A DNA stretch of 64,000 bases from Utricularia gibba (Eukaryota > Plantae > Magnoliophyta), in contig NEEC01000004.1 in assembly GCA_002189035.1 (NCBI GenBank), forward strand, positions 5,084,001-5,148,000, written 5' to 3'. The position numbers and the translations under genes were made by a program. The notes below the pieces were generated by a model. The model had not been told where the DNA came from. It did not search any database and saw nothing but the letters and a program-made list of their open reading frames with translations. Of the stretch, positions 22,611 through 38,313 are shown piece after piece; position 1 is the first letter of the stretch, and each line of letters opens with the position of its first letter.

Positions 22611-25225
22611 CTTTTTCTTTATGATATATGGCAACAACAGCAACAACAACTGAGATTCCACACCGAACTACACAGAAACCCAAAACACGTTCACAGCTAC
22701 TGAGAGAGAAACAATGGCCAGAGGTGGAATGCAGGAGGAAGAGCTGCCCGACGGAGATCCCCTTTATAGCGGTGACGGGGGCTGACTTTTGGAATTTCAC
22801 TAAATTACCGGGTCGAATGACATAATCACAAAAATATCGGTGAAGTTGCATAAATATCTTCGGAAATGGGACCCATATACGTGCCATCCTTTCCGGTGTG
22901 CTCACACTGTGATGGCATGGACCAACCGGGGGCGCGGGTCCCACCTTTAATTTCCATAGAATAAAATAAAGTCAATTTAAAACACACAAACCTCCCACTC
23001 AATTATTTGGAACAATACTAGAGAATAAAAAATATTATTATTTTGTGGACGACAATATTTTGTAGCAATATATTTTTCATTGCAAAAAGAAAAAAAATCA
23101 TTTACATTATTTCAAAAATCAAAATATTAGTGCCCTTTTTATCTTTGTAATAAAATTCATCATGCAAAATGGGATCCATTTTATTGCACATAAAAATTGA
23201 GTGGCAACCAGAGGGGTTCAACAAGTTACCATGACTATGTTACCAAGCTTGCTTCATGACCATCTTAATACATTAATAAATCGAATATTCTATTTAAATA
23301 ATAATCTTAAAAATATAATTAAAATTTATTTAATTCGATTCAATATATTATAGAAAAGATTTTTAGTTAGTTTAGAAATTTTTTTTTAAAAATATCATTT
23401 ATGGGGAGATAAATAAATCGAGGAGGGGTCAAGAAGAAGGAGCGGGGCCCACCCAGTTTTTTCACTTTCAAAACCATGGTCCACGACCCTAGTTTTGTGG
23501 CGTATGAAAACCACGGGTGGAGCCACCCACCCAACAAAACTAGGGGCGGAGCTGAACCAGCCCCTCCACTATCTAATTTTGGTAATGAGTTTTTATCAAA
23601 AAAAGGGCGAGGTGTTGCAATGAAAAGACATTATAAATCTAAATTCACAAAATATAGTAATGTTTTTTAAAATTTTTGAAATTTGTATTTATTTTTTAAA
23701 ATTATTTTATAAAAAAGAAATAAAAATTAAAAGTAAACAATTTCTTATTTTTTCAAAAATAAATTTTATAGTATAATTTTAAAAATGTTTTTAATAAAAT
23801 TATTTTTATAATTAAAAATATTCTAAAATAAAAATATTTTTTATTTTTGAAAAATATAGATAGATTTTAAAAATTTTCCAAAATATTACTTATGTTTTCT
23901 ATTATGACTTGCATTAATTCTACGATATTATTCGCTTAAAACATTTAAATTTCATAATTTTATGCTTTCTAGTACAAAAAAAGACCTATTACAATAAGGT
24001 TTTTTTTATTTAAATAGATAGACTTTCATAATTTTATACGTGCTGACATTTTATTATCTTAAACCGTCAAAACGTGTGATGAATCCAATCCATGTATGTG
24101 TTGTCCTAACACGAAGGGGGTAGAAGTAAATGATGTGAGCATTTATTTAAAAGACTTAGAAATTTTTTGTCAAGATTAACAACGATCGATCGGGGGAGGC
24201 TGGATCCGGGCACGGGGGGCTACTAGGGGAGCCTAGTTGATTACCTCCTTTTTGGGGATCCTAATCTTTAGAAAATGGAAGTTGGGCCGTTTTTTATTCA
24301 AAAAAACACAACACGTCCCCTCCCCTATTTCTAGCCTACTCCACACCTAGGTGTTACCTACAATGATTCTAATATATATTTTTTATTTATTTATAAAGAA
24401 TAATATTGTTGAGGACGAAAATCACCACTGAAGTTAAAACCGACTTTAGGATTATGGGGTTCGCCAGATATGTCGAATCCAGGTATGGATTTGGTATTTT
24501 GTTTGGTGCGGTTAATGAAAATAAAGAAAGACAGATTTTTTATGTGAAAATTATCGGAAAACGGAAAAACCACGGAGTTGTCGAAATTCAACGTAAAATA
24601 TCTTCACTAGGTGGAAGTGGAGAAAATACAGGTTGGAGGGCTTCGGGTTGAACTCGTTTCTCTTCAGAATTTCTTTTACTTATAGAAGAGGTCGATCTGA
24701 CCGAATTCTAAATTCTGTAGATGTCAGTTGCTTTTTGTGACTGTATTGTGATCATACTTTTTAGATAATCATCGTCTGTTCTACTGTAATTCGACTACTT
24801 TTAAGACGGTATCATATGGCTGTCGCTGTCAAATTTATAACATATATCGATTTGTCAACCAACGCTATCTTATCATAGATACTTTTGGCATCTTTTCTGA
24901 GGGCGATTAACCGCCCCGATTTGTACCCCATCAAATATAATATTTTCTAATTCTTGAAAAGTATTATTTGGAAATTAAGTTTCAAAAAGCTATACCTAAT
25001 AAAGATTTAATAAGCATGGTCCTTGGCCGAAACAATGGTTCTATTTCGAGTAATTGAGTAATTAATGGTTGTATTTGGTAAGGAAATGAGGTCGATCGTT
25101 TTGGATAACGTGGCCTGCCTACCTGCTTAGTGGACCCCACCATAAAGACACGTACTTGGGACACGTCATCGCGGCATTTTTTTTACTGTTTGTGAGGCTG
25201 GTGATATTTGACTTTGGAAGATGGG

Positions 25226-26265
25226 TTAATGGGGCGAATTACAAGACCACCCCTGGGGACGTAATATCCGGTAGGCGGAAACACCGCCGACGGCTCCTAC
25301 TACGGGGGCAGAAATGTAAATCCATAAGCGGTCGAATCTCCAGGAGACGAGCGCTGGTCCCAGAGACCTTGCGGGATTCATCGACCCCCGGAAACAGGCC
25401 TGTGAATGAGATTCCAGTTCAGGTCTCCGGCAGTTTTCGACTGTCGGAATCGGAGAATTTTACCCGGAGATCAAAACGCCGAGCCCGATTGCGATTCCGA
25501 CGATCAACCCAGATAACCGCCCCAGCTGCAGTTGAACACATTTTGTTCACGTTGAGAAAAAATAATTGACTTTTTGGGGGCGTGGTAATGGCTTACGTTT
25601 TCGAATTCACTGTACAAGGATGTGATCAGGAACAGGACGATGAAGGTTGCAATGAGCTCCACCTCGAAGGCTGCGGCGCTTCCCTGTAACGGCCTTGTCA
25701 CCATCATCTTCTCCGGTGGGACACCGTAAACTTGCTTCCCGACTAAAGTAGACACCACTGCTCCACAAACTTGTGCAGTGACATACAGGGGAACCTTCAG
25801 GGATACAAAAGGAAGCGTGTAATGAATTCGTCTTGTCACCGAATAGGAGCTTTGGAGATGGAGACTTTTACATGACGCCATGGAAACGGGCCGACGAGGG
25901 CAAAAGCGAAGGTGACTGCAGGATTAACATGAGCTCCGGAAATGGAGCCAATGGAGAAGACGATAACTGTAACTGTTAACCCGGATGTTGCTGCGTACTC
26001 CAATAGCCCTGTTTCGACTCCATGAATCGCATGTTCGCCATGATCCCGTAGATGCAGAACATAAGAATGAATGATCCCAATGCTTCTGCCAGTACCTGAG
26101 ATTGTGTTTTCAGTTTCATCAGTTTGCTTACAGGTTTTCCCTCCTCATTTCATCCATATCGCTCACCTTTTTCCAAAGGCTCGAACTTGCAGAGATGTGC
26201 ACCGTCCCAGAGTCCGATTCCTCATCGTTTCTGGCTATGGAGGATTTAGAAGCAGGGAGATCCAT
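25226..26265 (-). CDS. NIP7;1: NIP7-like aquaporin (MIP family), 5 exons; two 1-bp frameshifts as assembled
   Basis: SGAHVNPAVT and GGSMNPARSLGPA motifs, and GLLEYA in helix 2 as in NIP7. The frame is restored by +1 base at 26020-26021 and at C5 25385-25389. Confidence 0.88.
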
Positions 26266-26672
26266 TCTTAAAGATGAACAAGACTGTAAGAGTGAAGGGA
26301 ATATAAGAAACCAGAAATCAGGCAGTTTTTGGTTCAACATACGATACTTGTTGTGCTTCTCCCGTCTGATACTACAAGTGGCTCACACATTCTATATGAT
26401 TAGATCTTCTCCCGAAACACCTAACCTGCGAGTTACAAACTGTCAGGGTGCATCCCAAAACAAGAGCTGCCTGATTCTTGCAGAACTTAACTCGTTAAAG
26501 AATCGTAGAGCTATCTCATCTTCATTCATTTCCGTAGATGCAGAAAACCAGAAGCAGCATTATCCGCTGTTGAACTTACGCAATCGAAACCAAGAAACCT
26601 GCAGCTTCTCACGCCGTATCCCATGGCGCATTTAAGAGAGCACCCTTCAACTGAGAAGATCTTCCCTGAAAA

Positions 26673-26990
26673 TAAACAAATGGGGCGGTTAAATCAAGCA
26701 CAAGCTTCAAAATCGTCACGAGTTTTACTCAAAAAAACCAGTTGAGGCATCTTTAGCCACCTGAACCAACGCATTTTGAAGAACATAACTTCAACTACAA
26801 GGAGAAACCAAACAAATGGAGTTTTTGAATCAAGCACAACCTTCAAAAGGTCGCGAGTTTTACCCAAGAAAAGCATTAGCTACATAATGACGAGTTGAAG
26901 CACCTTTAGTAACCAGGATCAACGCAGCTTCCGGCAGAAAGCATTTTGAAGAACAGAACTTCAACTACTGGTTACAAGAAGAATCAAAAC
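26673..26990. repeat. Imperfect ~136-bp direct duplication upstream of the NIP gene
   Basis: AAACAAATGG...AATCAAGCACAA(G/C)CTTCAAAA...CGAGTTTTAC...GCATTTTGAAGAACA(T/G)AACTTCAACTAC occurs twice; the second copy has insertions. Confidence 0.75.
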
Positions 26991-27601
26991 AAGAGTCCAC
27001 CAGGAAACAACCCAACTCCATAGTCTCTGCCCAAATATGCTCCGTTTCATTCATTGGGAATAAGATACATTTGCATAAATACAAAATGAAAAAGCTTTCG
27101 ATAAATGCGCCCCCGTCATACCTTCATTTCCGGCAACGCGATAGGATCGGCGGCAAGGATGACGAAGACCAAATCAAAACTTCATTCCATGGTTCTTGTA
27201 TGAGTTTTCTTGTAAACCATATCTTATTTAAAAATATATATATTAAAATTGTAATTAGTGAACCGGTCGAATCCTAAACCGGATTCCAAGTTTATTCTCC
27301 TTCTATGGCAGATTCCCAGTTTATTCCTTGTTCGCGTTCCAGAGTGTATTGAAGATCATTATATCAGGCCTCTAGGGATAACTTCCCCTCCTGAAATTTC
27401 AGTTTCCTGTTCGTGGATTGGTTTTTTTTTCTTGAATTTATTGGGTTGTTCTTTCTTAAAAAGGAAACATTTAGGTTGAAAAAGTGCGTTTGCATCTTTT
27501 CTGAATCGAATTCATTCTTTTATGCTTCTTGCTTATGTGCTGACTCCCTAATGGTTTTAAATGCGATCCCAATGCTGCAGAATTGGTGTTAATTGATTGA
27601 T

Positions 27602-28518
27602 ATGGAGGGTAATGCTTTGGGGGAGCGTGTGGCTGCATTGCTGAACATTATTCATGCGAAACAATTCGTTGAAGGCGATGATGTTCCATGCGAAATTGAG
27701 AAGGTACGCAATATTCATGCTTTTGATGCTCTGTGATTTTTGTTGTTTCACCTTGATTACTATTGCTTTCTTGTGTTCCCAGGGCCTTTACCTTGGCTCA
27801 GTGGGCGCTGCTGAGAATTGGTTTGCTCTCAAGAAAGGCAATATTACACATGTATTGACTGTGGCCAATTGTTTCCCCCCTGTCTACCCTGATAACTTTA
27901 CTTATAAAACTGTTTCAGGCGAGGTGTTCTGAACTTGATCTTTGGTTTTCCTGTCTTTATCTATTTTACTAGCAATGAATTGAGATTTGATGCTGGTTTT
28001 TTGTTGCATGGGACAGTGGCTGATAGGGAATATGTGAAGATTTCTGAGTTTTTCAATGAATGCTTTGCTTTCATAGATGAAGCCAGAGAAAGGGGAGGTG
28101 GTGTCCTTGTCCACTGCTTTGCTGGAATATCAAGAAGGTTTCAAGCCTTCCTTGTTCTCAGCACTGAGTTATGTTTACCTGAAACTCATCCAAGTCAGTG
28201 ATCTGCCAATGCAGCGCAACTGTCATACTTGCTTATCTGATGTTCAAGAATGGGATGAGCTTATCTGATGCTCTGGCTCATGTGAAGAAGAAAAGGCCTG
28301 TTGTCTCTCCCAACATTGGCTTCATGCGCCAACTTCGAGCATACGAGATGACCCTTCGAGGTAACAGAACTGAAACAACTCAAATCACCCATTTTTATGC
28401 CACGCATATGCCACCCCTCCACCCTCAAATTCTACCTTCTTCTTCTTTGACTTCTAACTCTCATCTGGCTCATTCTTCACATCCAGGAACAGGCGAGGAG
28501 CCTCATCGTTCCACGTAG
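27602..28518 (+). CDS. DSPTP1: Dual-specificity protein phosphatase (DsPTP1-like), 5 exons (27602-27703, 27783-27918, 28017-28137, 28215-28360, 28487-28518)
   Basis: DVPCEIEK|GLYLGSV, general-acid Asp (VADRE), active site VHCFAGISRS, PVVSPNIGFMRQL. Confidence 0.92.
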
Positions 28519-29029
28519 GTCTCGACTGGATGCTTGCTTCCTGCCGGAAAATTTCCGGTCTTGTTGTTTCATGTTGGTGTCTATAGTCAGAATAAAAAAT
28601 TGTCATTGGATTCCGAAACGCATTCAAAGTGACGGTCGGGACCGGGCCAGCGCGATAGTAATTGGCCGCCACGTCGCACAGCCAACCGCCGTCCGATCTG
28701 CCGGAGCTCCTCCCACGTAATTAATGTATTATAACTAATTATTCAATAAAACGCAGTCCTTGCCGCATGTATTGGGAAATGCTACTCTCTTATGGAGGCG
28801 CGCGCCCCTTGGTTTTTATAGACTGGGTCCCACGCATGTCACATGGGCATCATAACTAATTACCGGTATTGTATTAATTAGCATAGTAATATGGGATTAA
28901 GGAGCTTTAACAGCACATCAAGCATCGTTTCAAAGGTATATATATTTATAAGATGGTATGTTGAATGATCATACCATGCCATCCATGCCATGCCATCATC
29001 CGCATGTAGTGGACCCATGATGGCATGGG

Positions 29030-30538
29030 TCACATGATGCTGCAGCTCTGAGTGTTTTCGTCGCTGAACATTGAGTAGTCGTCGCCCCGATCGTCCGGCC
29101 GGGGCGGCGGGTAGTAGTACATGTGAGGATGAGGCATGTAGTTGATTGCCGGCGGCGCCCGGGCGTAGACCATCGGCTGGAACCTCTCGTTGCCGGTGGC
29201 GCGTTGGGCATTCATCATCATCGCCGCGTATTGTTGCGGCTGGTGGTATGGGTTGCCGGTCATCGGATCGCCGGCGGAGGGGGCGGAAAGGATGGGAGGT
29301 TTGGGATTCGGTTCATTAGGGGATGGGCCATGGCCATGTTCCCCATGCCAGAGGATGCATTCATGGGCATTATGTTTGGCATGCCATGGGGTCCATCAAT
29401 CATGCCCTTCTTTGACCCATTATTACCTAAGAAAATGGGAGCCCCACCGCCGGCAGGGGCGCCGTGCTTGCCCGGGAACCCATCGCCATTTTTGCTCTGC
29501 GGCGGCGGACCGCCGCCGTCTTTCCCACCCTTGCCCTGGTTCTGATTCCCCCCACCAGCGCCTTTCTTGTCGTCCCCGCCGCGGAAATTGATGGGAGCAG
29601 GGAAGTTGGCTCCTTTCTTGGGAGGATTCAACATGTTCTTCATCATCATCTGGGGAGCATTGCTCGCTAATGGCTTCATTTTAGGTTCAATCTCATCCTC
29701 ATCCTCGAGATCATCATCGTCCTCATCGTCATAGTCATCGAATTCATCATCAGATTCAAGCTCATCATCGCTAAAATCTTCCTCCTCTGGCAACATGAAC
29801 TTCACAGACTTCTGATCTTTGCATTTCCAGGAAGTTTCAACTGGGGCATCTGGTTCTTTGGATCTTGAATTCCCTTAACCTGTTGAGGATTGATTAGTCC
29901 CTTTGGAGGCTGATTCTTGTTGTTCCCACCACCGCCATTTTTCCCATTTCCATTTCCAATTTGCAGATTCTTCATCTGGTTCATGTTATCAGCACTGCTG
30001 GGCTTAGCTGCACCCCAAATCTCTGCGAACTTCCCATTCTTGTTGAGCTTCTTAATAAGTGTAGCTGGATCAACATTACCCGAAACTGTAACCTTCCCCA
30101 GCTCTGCATCTATGGTAGTGGTATACACACCTATCACAAAACGATGACAAGTGTGAAAAAAGGGGTATAAAGATCTCTTTTTTGACCAGTCCATTTTTCT
30201 CATCACAGCGATTAATTACAAAAATAAATCAAGATAAAGCATTTATAATCCTTACCCTCAATCTTGTGCAAGGTTTTCTTCACTTTTTGTTTACAGCCTT
30301 CGCAGTGAATATTGACTTTGAGTACACATGTCTGCAGTACGAGCAAAGCCAGAAGAAGATGTAAAAGCTTTACGTTTTAGGCACTCAACAGCATGAGAGA
30401 CGAAGCTACCAGCAGAAATAAAAAAATGACCAACGGCAGACACATTTTGCAGATAAGATTCAAGAAAAACATAAAGGACAGAGAAGAAGCAGAAGAAGAA
30501 GCTCTCACCTGGATCTTCAAGAACTCTTCTTTACTCAT
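29030..30538 (-). CDS. HIPP: Heavy-metal-associated isoprenylated plant protein (HIPP33-like); two 1-bp frameshifts as assembled
   Basis: [10 protein letters not shown]|[22 protein letters not shown] domain, Gly/Asp-rich linker, and C-terminal [12 protein letters not shown] CaaX box. The frame is restored by +1 base near 29822-29845 and at G5 29279-29283. Confidence 0.92.
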
Positions 30539-32569
30539 TTTTAAGGCTTTTACAACGAACCCAGTGATGAGAAATCAAATGGGACAGATCTGAAACATTG
30601 GACATTTCAAGAAAAAAAAAGGGTCATCTTCCCAGAAAACGAAAACGCATTGAGAGCAAGAAAGAGACTCTGAGACTGGTTGTTGAGCAGCATTAAAAAC
30701 TCCTCTATTTCAGAGAAAGGAAACCGAGATATTTGTGAAAGAAGAGTACCTTAAAAACACACAAATCGCAGAGTGGCACAGCGAAGAAGAAGCAGAAGAA
30801 ATGACCAGCAATGGAGAGCTTCTCTCACTCGGGCTCCTCTATATCTCCTCCCCAAATCCTTTATAACACACCATTGTCATTTGTTCCCCGAAGTTCCTTA
30901 ACAGATTGAAGACGAAATGAAAGATACTTCCTCCATGACTCAAACCTCCCCAGTTTGTTCCTTTGCAAAACTGTCAGTGGCCGGGATTGGTCAGTGGCTT
31001 AACCATGGTTAAGGGCTTAGTTAGTCATTTCAGATAACCACAGTTAGCAAAGCTCCGAAATCTGTTCCATTTATTGCCTGCCAACACTGACAGATGGTCA
31101 CCACTCACCCTAGTTTCTTTGTCAATTCCATAAAAAAAAAATCAAATTATTACAATAGTATGGTGCATGTGGATCAATGTTGTCCAAATATGATTCATAA
31201 AATGTGACCCTACAATATTGATAAAGTGTTTTAAAAAAATATTAAATTCATTCTTCTGTTTAATTATAAATTTCAGTTAAACTATTTTTATAATAAATTA
31301 TATCATTTTCAATAATTTTTTAATAATATTTTAAAATATTTACAAAAACAAATATTATTCTTTAATTCGATTTAATTCACTTTCCAATCTTAGTTGGGAA
31401 AGACAGGTTTCAATTTTAAATTTATAGAGGATTATGAAAAAAAATAATTAAAATCATATATGATGTAATAAAAAATATTCCAACGTGTAAAATTGTATAT
31501 TTTTAGTTTTTTTATGAATAATGTTTAACGAGTCCCCCATCAACATCAACTTCCCGAAATAGATGTAGGTATTTATCAGGTACTGACACTCGGTTTGATA
31601 TTTATTGGGGAATTTACCAATTTCCATAATAGATTTAATTTACTTTCGGTGGAATAAGAAATGGTGGATTAGGTTTTTCTCTTCTACGCAGCTCCAAGCG
31701 TTTAATTACGATATTGCCCTTTGTCCTTTTCCTTTACAAGACTCATAATTGGTAAATTTGCCTCAACGCGTTCGGAAGGGGCGCAGGGGAGCCATCGTGA
31801 GCTCCCCCGCACACGATTACTGTGTCCCAATTATTTTGGGAAATGGTTAATTGATAATAATCATAGATTATATTTTATTATTTAAATATCTTTTTCAATT
31901 TTTTCACATGGTGTGTTAAAAAAATTATGTTTAAAATATTTTGGAAAATTATTATTGCAGGCGGCCCATGTGATGTATCCGGCCCAAGTCCGGCCCCACT
32001 GCCCCATCAGAGAGATGGGCATCTGTCAACAACTAATTATATACATTGTTTTATTTGCTGGATTTGTAGCGGGTAGTCTAATCTCCTTTCACGTGGCGAG
32101 TAGAAGGAAACTAGGGAAGCCAGAAATGAGTTGGCAGTTTTGTCCTTGTGATGGTCAACGAGTGTTGTTGTCTGAAGCTCCCAAAATTGTCCTTTTTACT
32201 CTTGCTTCTTGTCCCTTTTTCCTACGAACATGATTTCTGTGTGCTCCACCACACCTTCAAGTTTCACCGCAAGGGGAAAGAAAGAGAGCTGCGAAGATGG
32301 ACATGGAAAACTGTAAGAGGGGGAGAGTAAGGAAGATCCCAACTGTTGTCTGTGAGCTCACATTCTGATACTACGAATGGATAATGGAACCTTAACTGTT
32401 GTCTGTGTTCAGACACACACAACACAAACTATCATGTGACGAAGAAGCGGCCAAGAGGGGCTCTGGAGTTGGATCGTTGCGTGCTGCTGCTGCTGGTGCT
32501 TGGGTCTGCACTGCACTGCGGTGCAGCAAATGTTTCGAGGATGGGACCAGAGCGAGCGACGTCACACTG

Positions 32570-32599
32570 GGAGGAGGAGGAGGAGGAGGAGGAGGAGGA
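32570..32599. repeat. (GGA)10 microsatellite
   Basis: Read directly from the sequence. Confidence 0.95.
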
Positions 32600-33230
32600 G
32601 GGAGGGAAGGTGGGCCCCACTTTTAGTGGACTGACATATTTACCCTCAGATCTTGGGCCGGTCGCCGCGGTACAGACCTGCAACCACTTGGGCCTGTTGG
32701 GTCGATTTGTTATTGGGCTTGAATTTCCATATTTTTAAATAATAATATTTAAGGTAATTTGAAAGTGAGGTCTGTAGTGTGTTATGGCCGAGGGGAGCGC
32801 AGTTCGTTGGCAGTTGAAGGGGAAATCAGTAAAAAAGGTGAAATTTCGCTTGTTCCGGAAGCTTCTTCTCTCTGAAACCTCTGCTAGTTCCTTTGTTTTT
32901 CCATTTTTTGGTTTTTTTTTTCCTGTTGAATGTTTTGTCCTCTCTCAAGTTGACGTCGCCACTAGAAAAGCTTTTGTAGTCATTACGGTTCGATTTTATC
33001 CGCTAGAGAATCGTTTCTCGGGGAATACTGCTTGCCTCGTCCAACCCATTTTGATTCTCCATCAAAGTATTTGGCTTTCCACAATCTGTTGATTTTTAGT
33101 TTTGTTTTTTTATGTTATGGCGAAAATGGAGCTTCTGGTCTTGGTTAAAGGGCAAGCTCTTATGGGTTCGATTCTTCCTGGCTGTTAGTGTTGAGCTGCC
33201 GTGATTGTTTTGGAGCTTTGGGGGTTATAT

Positions 33231-35910
<2,680 letters not shown>

Positions 35911-36865
35911 TAGAGAAGCTTCTGCACATTTCTCATCTTCTTACAAAAAGATGCACATGTAAGAAGAAAGCCCTCCAACTGTCTTCTTCTGTTCCATTGA
36001 AAGCTTCTCCACTATCCCATGTCCATTGAAATCAACTAGTCTTGCAGATGAACCAATATTTCAATGAGAGAAATTTTTGAAAATATTTTACTTTAAAATA
36101 AATTGAAATTTAATGAAATATTAATAAGATTTATTTGAAAAAATGGAGAAAAATAGGGTTTGTAGCACGTTTGATTTCAGAAGCGGTCGTCGGGGTTCAA
36201 GTTGTGGTGGTGTGATGGAAGCTCTTCGTCGTCCGGAGAGTGACGTGCGGGTGTGTTTTTGTGCGTAGAAGATGTGCATATTATTTATTGGCAATTAATT
36301 AGAATAAATAATCGGGTTTTTGGGTCGGAATTCTTTTCTTAGCTGAGTCTTCTTCTTCTTCTTCTCCGTGGATTTGAGAGAATAAGCTTTGTTTTTTAGG
36401 TTTGCATTTCATTCTCCTCTCACACGGAAACGGCGCTTTATTCCATGTTCGTTTTGGGGAAGGGCGTCGAAGGGAAAGAATTCGTTTTGTTGTTTCATGA
36501 AAGATGGGTGATGTGATTAGGGTTTGATCAGGTTGATTTGGTGTTTCTTTTCGATTTGTTTTGTTGTGGGCGCTGCTGATTGGGGAGTGTGTGTGTTTTG
36601 GAGATATTTGGAATTTTTGTAGTTTGGATTCAGGCAAGAAAGCCCACATCGAAGGGTTTCTTTCTGGTTCGTCGTATTGGGAAAAAACCCCTTTGTGACC
36701 TGAAGAAGCCATCTTGGGTGGATGGGTATATTCTGTAGGAAGTAGCTCCGATACGTGATCTTGTTAGTGGTTCTTTTCATGGCTAAGTGTTTTTCAGGAC
36801 TTCGGGCTACCCATCGGTGTGGAAAATTTAATATTTTCCCCAAGTCGTTCAGATTCAGCTCGATG

Positions 36866-38039
36866 ATGGGCTGTTTTCACAGCAAATGCTGTAGAAGATA
36901 CCCTCCATCTTCAGATGATGATAACAAGGAAGAATTGGGTGTACATCCTGACGCGACTATTTCTGCTGGTGAAAACACGGCCCTTGAGTTTGTAGATGTT
37001 CCATCCTGTAATTTCAGGTTATCTTTTTGTGTGCTTAGCCAGACTGGACATTACCCTGATTCTCCGGATAAGGAAAATCAAGATAGTTATTGCATCAGAA
37101 CTAATCTTCAGGGAAATCCAAATGTGCATTTCTTTGGTGTGTTTGATGGGCATGGTGCTACAGGCACGCAGTGCTCAAACTTTGCTAAGCATAGGCTTGT
37201 TGAGATCTTAGAGAATGACAAGGCATTGTTGGATGATCCTGTGAAGGCATATAGTTCTGCATTTGTGGTAGCGAATGACGAGCTTCACAATAACACTGAC
37301 ATAGATGATTCAATGAGTGGGACAACGGCTATTACGGCACTTATCGTTGGGGACAGGCTTTATGTTGCAAATGTTGGAGATTCAAGGGCAGTCATGGCTG
37401 TTAAGGATAAGGATGGGGTGCGAGCACAAGACTTGTCATGTGATCAGACACCATTCAGGAAGGATGAATGTGAAAGAGTTAAGCTTTCCGGTGCAAGAGT
37501 TTTGAGTGTTGATCAAGTGGAAGGGAATAAGGACCCAAATATTCAGTACTGGGGTGATGAGGAGGCCGATGGAAGCGACCCTCCAAGGTTGTGGTTACAA
37601 AATGCGATGTATCCCGGAACTGCGTTCACAAGAAGTATTGGTGATAGCCTCGCTGAGTCGATTGGTGTCATTGCTGATCCCGAAGTGTCAATGGTACAGC
37701 TGACATCCAACCATGCGTTCTTCGCCGTTGCAAGTGATGGGGTTTTTGAGTTCCTATCCAGCCAAGCGGTTGTCGACATGGTACGTGTCACTAATCAAAC
37801 TCGAAACCTTCACTGCTTGTTGCATGTAAAACGGCTGCCTTTTGTTTGTAGCTCCACTCATATGGAATGATAACTGTTATTTTTTTTCTGGATTCTTCCA
37901 GGTAAACAAACACTCGGACCCAAGGGATGCCTGTTCAGCTATTGCGCAAGAGTCATACAAACTGTGGTTTCAGAATGATAACAGGACAGATGATATGACA
38001 ATCATCCTCGTACACATTAAACATCTAGATGTTGGGTAG
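36866..38039 (+). CDS. Protein phosphatase 2C (PP2C35-like), 2 exons (36866-37780, 37902-38039), N-terminal MGC acylation-type motif
   Basis: [46 protein letters not shown] and RTDDMT metal-binding motifs. Confidence 0.93.
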
Positions 38040-38313
38040 TTCCACGGGCTTTTGTATTTTAGCATTAGCCTACTAGCAGAAATGTTAAATTTGTGTTTCT
38101 CGCTTCAATCCAAATGGATGTATTAATCACGCTTGTTCTGTTGGATGTTCCTTTGTATATTTTTCCGCAGAGATAGAATCTATGGAAGTGCAGTAAAAAA
38201 TCGGTCAAACTGCTGTAAAAGTGAGATAAAAACCTCACAATGTTAATGCTGTAAAATAGCAAGCTTCATGTTTAACACAGATTGGCGTTCTAAACACAGA
38301 ACAGAGACAAACA

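Noticed and set aside
24206-24226. Helitron 3' end (GCACGG...CTACTAG)
   Set aside because: The hairpin partner is poor, CTAG is followed by G rather than T, and no matching 5' TC end or Rep/Hel sequence was seen.
26102-26635. 177-aa plus-strand ORF
   Set aside because: It is antisense to NIP7 exon 1 and its leader, starts at GTG and has no recognisable domain.
30998-31013. Perfect 16-bp palindrome CTTAACCATGGTTAAG in the HIPP upstream region
   Set aside because: About one such palindrome is expected by chance in 64 kb, and it is AT-rich with no supporting evidence.
32436-32738. 100-aa ORF as a secreted peptide
   Set aside because: It starts at GTG, its Glu run simply reflects the GGA microsatellite, and it has no peptide-hormone motif.
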